In this document: positions 42,275 to 52,599 of the stretch, one piece after another
Numbering within the stretch: position 1 is the stretch's first letter
How the letters are laid out: each line of letters opens with the position of its first letter
Source: Eledone cirrhosa
Taxonomy: Eukaryota
DNA: 64,000 nucleotides
Reading direction: 5' to 3'
Assembly (NCBI GenBank): GCA_964016885.1
Contig: OZ024746.1
Location: forward strand, 45,074,001-45,138,000
The notes under the pieces: model-generated
The model's input: only the letters and a program-made list of their open reading frames with translations
Told to the model about the DNA's origin: nothing
Databases searched by the model: none
Made by a program: the position numbers and the translations under genes

Positions 42275-42554
42275 ATTAAAGGTGGAAAACTGGGAGAGGG
42301 CACTTGCCCTTGTGGTCAGGGCCACTGTGGTCTTTTAATGGGCTTTCTCCACAAATGTCCCTCGGAAGTCTCCCCACTATTGGGGAATTTTTCTTTGTTA
42401 TTTTATTACATCCTCTGTTTTTTTTACACGCAGAAATGCCCATTTGTACCATCCTGTATTGTCCTGTACTCTCCTTAATGTCTACTTTATGTAAACCCTT
42501 GTGGTTAATAAAGAAAACATTATTATTATTATTATTATTATTATTGTTGTTATT

Positions 42555-45500
42555 CCTTGAATCTCAGTCATTGATGTTGGTTAACTGGAAAGTCCGTTGG
42601 ATTGAATATCAAGCCACTACCTGCAGCCTCAGATAATCAGGACGTATCGGAGGGTTCTTGCTGTTCCAAGCAAGCATGCCTTTTGAAGCGTTCAAAAAAG
42701 CGTGAAGGGGCCGATTTTCTTTAACCATCCCTGGAAACTTTTGGAGATAGTCCCCAGTGCGCCTATGACAATCGGGATCACTTTGACTTCATGGCAGTTC
42801 CAAATCCTTTTCACCTCTCACTTTAGGTCCTGGTATCGGTTAATGTTCTCCCTCTCCTTCTCTTGCACTCTCGTGTCGAACGGGCAGGCCACATCCACAA
42901 TCAGACACGATCTTTTTTCTTTGTCCACAACCATCAGGTCAGGTCTATTGTGTTCCAGTTTTTTGTCCGTCTGTATCCTAAAATCCCACAGCACCTTCAC
43001 CTGATTGTTCTCCATCACCGCCTCTGGCCTATGCTCATACCATTACTCAGAATGTGGTAAATTGTTTACTTTGCACAGGTGCCAGTGGATCACCCTGCCT
43101 ATCACATCGTGTCTCCAGCCCTTATAGTGGGTCTGGGCTAGGTGTTTACACTCGGACACAATGTGAGCCACAGTCTCCTCTCTCTCTCCACAGATCCTGC
43201 ACAGTGGGCTAGCCTCCTCCTTGTAGATATGGTGCTTCAACCACTTCGTTTTGAGGGCCTGCTCCTGCGCAGCCATTAGCATACCTTCTGTAGCCTTTTT
43301 GAGGTCTCCTCTTCTCAACCAGTTCCATGTCTGTGGATCTCTAAATTCAGTTTTCTCAAAGAAGGTACTATGAAGGGATTTTCCCTTAAGGCTGCTCTTC
43401 CTCCTTGATGTTATTTCCTCCTTGGACATCCCCTGGCCTACTGTCCCCTCCTTCAGTACAGTTCTGAGCATTGGCTCCTTACTGTAGGTCACGTATTTGT
43501 ATAGGCTGTTTTTCTCCATCTGAACACAGTCCTCTATGCTGATAAGACCTCTTCCACCCTCAGATCTCCTTAGGTAGAGTCTATCGACATCACTCCTCTT
43601 GTGGAACATGTTGTAGATAGTCAATAGCTTCCTAGTCTTCCTATCCATTTCTTTTTGTTCAGCAACATTCCATCTCAGAATTCCCGCACTGTACCTAATA
43701 ATAGACACGGCTCGGGAATTTACTGCGCTTATGGCATTTCTGCTGTTCAGATGTGACTTCAATACGCTCCTTACTCTCCGAATGTATTCAGTTCTTAACA
43801 ATTCCTTCATTTTTTTGTTCTTTATGCCATCAGCCTCCAGAACGCCCAAATACTTGTATCCTTCCTCAGAGTAAATTTCCTTTATCATCTCACCTGTTGG
43901 TATCTGGATCCCGTTACTTCTGCTCAACCTACCCCTCTTCATCACAATGACTCCACATTTACCAATACCAAACTGCATACATATATCACTGCTGAAAATA
44001 CGGACAGTGTCAACAAGCACATCCAACTCCTTCTCACTTTTCCCGAAGAGCTTAAGATCGTCCATGAAGAGGAGGTGATTGATGGTAAGCTCTCCCCTTC
44101 CCAACTTGTATGCTGCTCTCACTTTTCGCAGCATAATGGTCAAGGGCATCAGGGCAAGGACAAACAACAGAGGCGACAGGCTATCTCCCTGGAAGATACC
44201 TCTCTTGATCTTCACGCTTCCCAAGGATACTCCAGTTGATGTCAACTCTGTCTCCCAGGACCCCATACTCCTGCCTAGCAACTGTCTGATGTTATCTGCC
44301 ACCCTGAAGATCTCCAGGCTTTTGGTGATCCAGGAATGAGGCACCATGTCAAATGCCTTTCTGTAGTCTATCCATCCCATGGCAAGATCAGTGTGTCTCC
44401 TCCTGCAATTCCCCATTACCATCTTATCAATAAGTAACTGGTCCTTTGTATCACGTGACTTCTTTCGGCATCCTTTCTGTTCGTCCGGTAACAAGTTGTT
44501 TGTGTGGAGGTGATGGTAGATTTCCTCAGACACAATGCTCGTCAACAGTTTCCACATTACGGACAGACATGTGATAGGTCTATAGTTGGTAACATCATTA
44601 CCCTTGATTCGGTCTTTCATTATCAGAACTGTGGTACCTTTTGTCAACCACTCTGGCACCTCACCCGACACCAAGCAGTCATTGAACATGGCCGTCAACT
44701 TCGGGTGGAGGGATGTTAAATGTTTAATCCAATACCCCTACACACCATCTGGGCCTGGTGATTTCCAGTTGGTTAGTTTTTTGGCCTGCCCCTTAATAGT
44801 TTCAACTGTGATACTCAAATCAGTTTGTTGCTGTGCCTGCTCACCGATCTCCCTCTGTACTGTCTCAATCCACCCTGCCTGGGCATTGTGTCTAACATCC
44901 TGCTCCCATATTCCTCTCCAGAATGTTTTAGTTTGCTCCGCCCCAGGGATCAAGTCGTTGCCTCTTTCTTTCCCCTCAAGCTGTCCAAACAGCATCTTCT
45001 GGTTGTTGTCGAACATGCGGTTCTGTTTATACTGACTGACTCTGTTCTCGTATCGCCTGATTTTTGCACTCTTTGCTACAATGCGTTGCTTCAGTTCCTC
45101 TATGATAATATTTAGCTTTTTCCTCCTAGTTTTGTATTTTATTTCCAGCCTATTTTTAGTGCCTATGTTTTTTAGTGTCCCATTCAGTAGTGACTCAAGC
45201 TTTCCTATGTCATTTCTCATTTCCCCGATTTGCCCACTCAGTCGCTTCTTCCACCACGGCTCTGCTCTTTCTTGTCTGTTGTTTCCTCTCGCTTTCATAC
45301 CAAGTAGTTTCCTCACCGTATTTGCTGTTGCTTTGAGGATATTGTTGCACTGGTGAAGGCTCCTCGCCTCAAGGTATGGGATGACTTTGTTTACTTTAGC
45401 TGTTGTTTCTTTTAACTTTTTCCTGTCTACAAATCTTAGGTTCATAGGTCTCCCACTATCATTGTTCAATTCATCTACCACTAAATTTAGGATGTCAACC

Positions 45501-47060
45501 GAATCTTGTCCTAGCCCGTCAGCATTCATCTCCTCAGTGGCCGTATCTCTGTTCCAGGTATTATTTATCTCAGTATTCAGATCATTGTCTGCTTCGGGTG
45601 GTTCCTCCGTTCTCAGGACCTCTTCACCTTCATTTCCCACTGGCTCGCTTGTCTGGCATTCTACACCCGCCATCTCCAAGCCATTCTCTCTGCTCAGTTC
45701 CTCCAGTTCCAGCTCGCTTATCCATCCATTAGTTCTTATTACCCGAGCCTGCCCGGCCAATTTTTGTTCATCTAATTTAAATAAACCAATCTCGTTCCAG
45801 ATGTTATGCATCCGTCTCCTGTAGCCCCTCTCCTTGGGGTTACTTTTCAGGTAACATTGCATAACAGTTCTATTCAATTCTTTCGTCCAGTTGGTTCTGG
45901 CCCCTTTCCTTCTTCTCCTTCCTCCAACATCAGCAGTATTTGGTTGACAGTCAGGTTCCTGCTGCTGAGCCAGGGGGTACCTGTTGGGTGAGAGTCTGTC
46001 ACATGACGTTCTAGTCTCCATTTCATCGTTATTCGAACTGTTTATGTTCGATATTTAAACACTCTTATCGAGGATTGGCGAATGTATGGTTACATATCCA
46101 TCTGTGGATCCGCCAGTCCACTTGGCCCTTGTGTGGCATTATCACCACGCTGTATACGAACACACAGGCAGAAAGGGCCCCAAAGATGAATAAGCATAAG
46201 TTTCATTGTAATGTAGTGTTCGAATGTCTGACTTAGTTTTTGTTTTTTAAGTTTTAGTTTTTCCCCCCTCTTCTCTGTCCGTCCGCCTGCTTCTCTCTTC
46301 ATTCTTATTTTCTTTACGTTTTTGGGTTTTTTTTTTTTTTTTTGTTTTTGTTTTTCTCTGTTTGTTTTTCTCGTTTTTTGCTGTTGTTGCTGTGCTGCTT
46401 TAGTTTTGTTGTTTGTTTTTTCTTTTTTCTTTTGAGTCTATCTATATATTTTGATGCCTTCCTCTTTTTTAGCAGTAGGGATTCTATAATGTGGTGGCAG
46501 CAGCCAGCTAGAGGAAATGGGAGACTGGCGGCGGTAGCGATACTGAGACAGTGGTGGTGGTGATGTCGATACCGAGGCAGTGGTGGCGGTGATGTGACCG
46601 TATTACTGTAGTGATGGTGCTGTAGCGGTGGTAGCAGTGAAGGAGTGAAGGAGTGGTGGCGGCAGTGATGGGATAATGGTTGTAATGATGGCCGTAGTGA
46701 GCGGTGGTGGTTTAGTGTACACAGGTGATGGGGTGGGTGGTGTATCTAGTTTCTGGTGTTGGTGAGTTTGGCTGTTCTATATAGTGTAGACAGAGGAGGA
46801 GGGGGGGGGGGGGTTCTTCTTCCATTTATAGCCATTTTCTTTTTTGGATATACAGTGTACAATACAAAGTTGAATATTTGAATATTTGAGCCTTATAACA
46901 ATATATTTTGGGTCCGAATTTTTTGGGGCTCAAGCCGGGTGCTTTACGTAGCATTTGTACTAAGAGTTGTTATTTCACAAATGATTTAAATATGTTAAAA
47001 ATTCAAAACTTACGGGAGCGATTTCATGACCTCCGTCACCTCGTGCGTCTTCTTCCCTAT
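42555..47060 (-). mobile_element. Full-length R4/Dong-like RLE element D2
   Basis: Single reading frame 46021-42629, ~1 kb 5' region, short 3'UTR, (TAA)n on both sides. Confidence 0.9.
42629..46021 (-). pseudogene. D2 ORF (~1130 codons): Myb-like N-terminus, RT, CCHC and RLE; three in-frame stops
   Basis: ORFs 44738-46021, 43043-44698 and 42818-43018 share one frame; the stops match CAG, AAA and TGG codons in D1. Confidence 0.9.
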
Positions 47061-47064
47061 ATAA

Positions 47065-47130
<66 letters not shown>

Positions 47131-47131
<1 letters not shown>

Positions 47132-50100
47132 GTTGCATTTATCTTGCTTTATGTTCATACAAGTTATCACCAAGTCACAACCAGTGACCTCAAGAGACAA
47201 CAAGGTCCGCCATGTTCAAGAAAGAACACACATACACACACATGCATCTTTAGGTGTTTAGACTTGTGATGTACTTATATTGACAGAATCTTCCTTAGTA
47301 TATGGGCAGTTCCCATTAGTACTATCTTTTGTATTTCTCATATAGCTGGGTTTCCTGTGATTTGCGATAAGTAATCATTAGACCCCTTAGGTATCATTCC
47401 TAGAGCGCTTACAACCACTGGTATTGTTTTAGTTCTCAATTTCCACATTTTTCCAATTTCTATCTCCAGGTGTTTTATAGATACATTCTTGTCTATTGGA
47501 ACGGATATATCAATTAGCAGGCGTACTCTCTTTTTAAAGTCCTTCAGTATTATATCAGGTCCATTTGCATCTATTTTTCGGACTGTTTGGATGCTAAAGT
47601 TCCACAAGATTTAAATGTGATCTTTTTCAAGACTGGGGTCCAAAAATCAGCTAATGTTTCAAATCTTCCCATTACTTCGGGGCTGGAGACCTCCCATAAC
47701 CGGAATACTCCTACTGTTGGCCCTCCATGCTCACCACCAACAAATCAAAAGAAAAAGAGAGAAAAATGGTCAAGGGAAGACAATAAAGAAGTTATTGAGG
47801 CTTTCTACACTGCCATGTACTACCCATCAAATAGATCGAATACGGAACAGACATATATCAACTAGAAAAAGAAACATCCCGAAAACAGAGGCTATATTGA
47901 CAGTAACAAATTAGCCAATATGCGAAGAAATATTGTTATAAAAAAGTTACTAACTGATATAGAAAATGATCAGATCAAGCTATTAGCACAAAGTCAGCGA
48001 AGGGAAAATGAAACATGTGTCAGTGAAAACGAGGTAAATTGTAACACTTCGAATCCCAGGGTTGGGGCGGAATCACTGACAACAGAACAAATTTAAGAAA
48101 GGATCGAAAAAGTGGAGGGAGTGCATACTAAAGATGAAACTCAAAATGAAAACAATGAGATCGCAAATGATAAAGAAATGAATGAGAATGAACTTGCCAA
48201 CTTGAAGGATGCTTGAAGGATGAAATTATGATCGAATGGATGAAAATGAAAGAATCTGACATGGGAGAACGAGACACTGTCCCTAAGATCCAGAACTCCA
48301 AACAGAACTAAAAGATAATACACAAGAATCACATTATTCTCAAAAACATTATCATCACAAACAAACTAAACATTACTGATTTAAATCATCTCTATTATGC
48401 ATCGGCTAAAGTTGCCACTCACTTATGTGGAGGGAAAATGAAAAACAAAGGAATCCCCACAAGAAATCTACTTGGCAAGAGAACATCAATCGCCAAATAA
48501 ACCTTCTCCGGTCTGACATAGAAATTTTAACAAACTACAAAGTAGGAGAACATGTTAAACAAACTAAATTTAGAAAATTGAAAAGAAAATACAGTATAAA
48601 ATCAACAAGTGACATAGACATGCTGATAGAAATAATCAGGCAAAAATTTTCGGCCAAAGCTGCTCGTATAAGGCGCTTTGAAAAACGATCTAGATTCTAT
48701 AAGGACAATAATTGTTTCTATTTTAGGCACAAGGCCAGCAATTACCCATTACATTACTGGTACTTTATTTTATCGACCCTGTAAGGATGAAAGGCAAAGT
48801 TAACCTCGGCGGGATTTGAACTCAGTTCATAAAGGGGCGTAACTCTATGCTTCAAAGCATGGTGTCCGACTCTCTACCGATACTGTCAATCAAGAAACTT
48901 CTACAGAAAAATTGGCAAGTCATCAATAACTGCTAAATCAATACCACCCAAGGAGGAAGTGCAAGAATTCTGGGAAAAGATCTGGACCGAAGAAAATGTT
49001 CATAATATACATGCCCCATGGATAGACAGACAAATGAAAGATACGGCTCACCTTGAGGAACAAATATGGTAAAATATAACAGTTGAACAGTGGCGTTTGG
49101 CTCTTAGAAAAACCAGCAAATGGAAATCCCCAGGAAAAGACAAAATACAAAGTTTTTGGATAAATGCTTTCACAGAGTCTCATGAGCTGTTAGCCCAACT
49201 TTACAATGAAATAGTTAAGGAGCCAGAAAAGATACCATCATGGCGAGTTAACGGCATTACATTCCCGCTTCCGGAGAATGATGAAACAAACAATCCCAAA
49301 AATTACAAACCGATAACTTGCTTGACCACAATGTATAAAATTTTAATATCAGTCCTAACTGAATATACATATGACCACCTGATAACAAATGATCTATTTC
49401 CCAATGAGCAGAAAGGGTGTAAACGAGGCTCATATGGCTGTAAGGATCTGCTTTTGGTTAACAAAATGATACTGTTGTTGGTGAAGGGGGGAGCCAGCAG
49501 TGCCATAGTCGTCTATTTATATCTTTTGCTAGCCTCTCCCTTGTCTAGTGATACAGCCACCTTGCCCTTTCTTAAGTTACCAGAAGGTAGTGTGGGAATA
49601 GCGGTGGTAGCAATGAAGAAGTGGTGGCGGCGGTGATGGGATAGTGGTAGCAATGATGGAGTGGTGGCGGCAGTGACTATAGCGATAGCGTTGTCGTTAC
49701 TGAGTTTTGTTGAATAGACTGTAGTAGTATGCGTTTGTTTGATCTGTGTATCTATGTGGTTTGTCGCGTATGTTTAATAAATGTGTTGACATATTTCCTT
49801 AATATTTGAATTAAATATTTTGAGAAAACTTGAGATACAATAATAGTAATTATTATTATTATGCTGGGATTGGTGGTGGTGGTGGTGAAATTGCCGTTAT
49901 CTGGCTGTTGATTTAGTGTACACTGAGGGGTGATGTGATAGGTGGTGTATCTAGTTTGTGGTGTTGGTAAAATTGCTGTTATTTTGCTGTTCTATATAGT
50001 GTAGACAGAGAGGGTTTTCTTCCATTTATAACCATTTTCTTTTTTGAATATGAAATTTATAATACAAAATTGAATATTTGAGCGATATAACAGGATATTG

Positions 50101-50250
50101 TGGATCCGAATTTCCTGAGAGCTAAGCCTGGCGCTTTATGCCCCATTTGTACTACGAATTGTTATATCACAATTGTGTTAAATATGTTAAAAATCAAAAA
50201 CTTACACGAGCGATGCCATAACACTCTATCCACCGCGTGCGTCTACTTCA
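47131..50250 (-). mobile_element. Divergent R4/Dong-like element D3 with an inverted, partly deleted interior
   Basis: 3' end 47131-47611 on - (WNFSIQT..GPDII..DISVP..ALG); N-terminus to RT start on + 47612-49474 (KWSRED, KSPGKD, YKPITCL, EQKGC); 5' region 49475-50250 on -, similar to D2 46600-47060. Confidence 0.75.
48717..48891 (-). mobile_element. tRNA-derived SINE nested in D3
   Basis: Same family as 14461-14682, with A and B boxes; interrupts the D3 frame. Confidence 0.85.
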
Positions 50251-50302
50251 TCTTCTTCTTCTTCTTGTCATTATTATTATAATTGTTATTATTATTATTG
50301 TT

Positions 50303-51561
50303 CTTTGAGTCTCAGTCATTGATGTTAGTTAACTGGAAAGTTTGTTGAAATGAATATCAAGCCACTACCTGCAGCCTCAGATATTCAGGACGTATCGGAG
50401 GGTTCTTGCTGTTCCTAGCAAGCATGCCTTTTGAAGTGTTCCAAAAAGCGGGTCGGGGTCAATTTTCTTTAACCATCCCTGGAAACCTTTTGAGATAGTA
50501 CCTAGTGCGCCTATGACAATCGAGACCACTTTGACTTCATGGCAGTTCCAATTCCTTTTTACCTCCCACTTTAAGTCCTGGTATCGGTTAATTTTCTCCC
50601 TCTCCTTCTCTTGCACTCTCGTGTCGAATGGGCAGGGCATATCCACAATCGGGCACGATCTTTTTTCCTTGTCCAAAACCACCAGGTCAGGTCTATTGTG
50701 TTCCAGTTTCTTGTCCGTCTGTATCCTAAAATGCCATAGCACCTTCACCTGATCGTTTTCTATCAACGCCTCTGGCTCATGCTCATACCACTTCTCAGAA
50801 TGTGGTAAATTGTTTACTTTGCATAGGTGCCAGTGGATCACCCTGCCCATCACATCATGTCTCCAGCCCTATAGTGAGTCTGGGCTAGGTGTTTACACTC
50901 GGATACAATGTGAGCCACAGTCTCCTCTCTCTCTCTCCACAGATCCTGCACAGTGGGCTAGCCTCCTCCTTGTAAATGTGGTGTTTCAACCACTTCGTTT
51001 TGAGGACCTGCTCCTGCGCAGCCATTAACATTCCTTCTGTAGCCTTTTTAAGGTCTCCTCTTTTCAACCAGTTCCATGTCTGTGGATCTCTAAATTCAGT
51101 TTTCTTAAAGAAGGTACTATGAAGGGATTTTTCCTGAAGGCTGCTCTTTCTCCTTGATGTTATTTCCTCCTTGGACATCCCCTGGCCTATTGTCCCCTCC
51201 TTCAGTACAGTTCTGAGCATTGGCTCCTTACTGTAGGTCACGTATTTGTGTAGGTTGTTTTTTTCCATCTGAACACAGTCCTCTATGCTGATAAGACCTC
51301 TTCCACCCTCAGATCTCCTTAAGTAGAGTCTATCGACACCACTCCTCTTGTGGAACCTATTGTAGATAGTCAATAGCTTCCTAGTCTTCCTATCCATTTC
51401 TTTTTGTTCAGCAACATTCCATCTCAGAATTCCCGCACTGTACCTAATAATAGATACAGCTCGGGAATTTACTGCACTTATGGCATTCCTACGGTTCAGA
51501 TGTGACTTTAATACGCTCCTTACTCTCCAAAGGTATTCAGTTCTTATCAATTCCTTCATTT
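50303..51561 (-). mobile_element. R4/Dong-like element D4, 5'-truncated (same family as D1/D2)
   Basis: ORFs 50885-51559 and 50377-50853 are near-identical to the D2 C-terminus; TTA on both sides. Confidence 0.9.
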
Positions 51562-51600
51562 ATTATTATTATTATTATTATTGTTATTATTATTATTACT

Positions 51601-52460
51601 ATTTATCATCGGACTGGGAAGGTGTGTTCTTGTGAGCTCCGTCAGTTAAATTTCAAGTTTTTAAATTAAATTAATTGTTGTACTTTTTGTGTGGCAATGG
51701 GTCATAAGACATCCGTCTTTGCCTGGTATAAAGAACACCCCGTAATATTTGGTCCTTGAGCCCTGATATTCAAACTTTGCTTTAAAATATCTTTTTCGAA
51801 AACGAAAAACATGGTGGAGCCACCCCGCCACCAAACTTTGAGTCTGCTGTCGTGAGACAGTAGTGCAGGTGGAGGCATTGGGATAAGTAACACCGTCCCC
51901 AACAAAATGTTAGGCAATATTGTCAACAACAAAAACAACAGCATCAAAACCAACAAACAAATGACAGACGAAAAAAAACAATGGTAACAAAAACAACAAC
52001 GAAATTAGCAACACCATCAACAGCATGACTAACGGCAGCAGCAACAACAAGATAGAAACAACTCAAGTAAACAATGACAACAACAACATCACTAACAACA
52101 TTGTGACCAGCAACACGGACAATAACAAGAAATCTTTGCTGCTGCAGCAGCCAAAAAGAGGTCATGCTTTAGCATGGACCTTACCTAAAAAGAGAAAACT
52201 TTGGCACAGGCATGGAAACGCATTAAACAATAGCAAATCTGGACCAACTTAACCGTCCCTGCAGATGCCATAGAAGTGATGGAGAGAAGAATAGTGTTCT
52301 TTAGATGTATTTCAGTGGAGGCTGAAGCTGCGGCCATCACTCTCCAGGCAGAAATCGAAGCTGCGCTGAGGTGCATCAGAGCTGACACCTAATACAGAGC
52401 CAGGGGCAGATAATACGACACCATCTCGTTACTGTTTGAGAAACCCTCGCTGTGAAACAT
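51601..52460 (+). mobile_element. 5' fragment of a third Tx1-like family (C): leader and decayed ORF1
   Basis: Leader motifs shared with B (ttgtgagctccg, acaccc, ccttg-gccc); 52253-52455 translates ..ERRIVFFRCISV..EIEAALR..ARGR*YDTISLLFEKP, aligning with B ..QIQKALG..RGQKYGTVDVFFETP. Confidence 0.7.
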
Positions 52461-52461
52461 T

Positions 52462-52489
52462 CAGCAGCAGCAGCAGCAGTAGCAGTAGC

Positions 52490-52542
<53 letters not shown>

Positions 52543-52552
52543 CAGCAAGAGC

Positions 52553-52598
<46 letters not shown>
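52462..52598. repeat. (CAG)n/(TAG)n compound microsatellite ending the array
   Basis: Direct. Confidence 0.95.

Positions 52599-52599
<1 letters not shown>

Larger units (their letters stand above)
36654..42518 (+). mobile_element. Full-length L1/Tx1-like LINE, copy B (different 5' leader and ORF1 from A)
   Basis: ORF1 from ATG 36862 with CVVCGEGTHLRAFC; ORF2 38858-42274 closely related to A. Confidence 0.92.

Noticed and set aside
22163-46021. Many antisense or alternate-frame ORFs over the retrotransposons
   Set aside because: Shadows of real ORFs or of low-complexity tracts; no independent motifs
20916-51600. CRISPR-like or prokaryotic retron/DGR reading of repeats plus RTs
   Set aside because: The RTs have eukaryotic non-LTR architecture (APE or RLE); the separators are microsatellites and there are no cas genes
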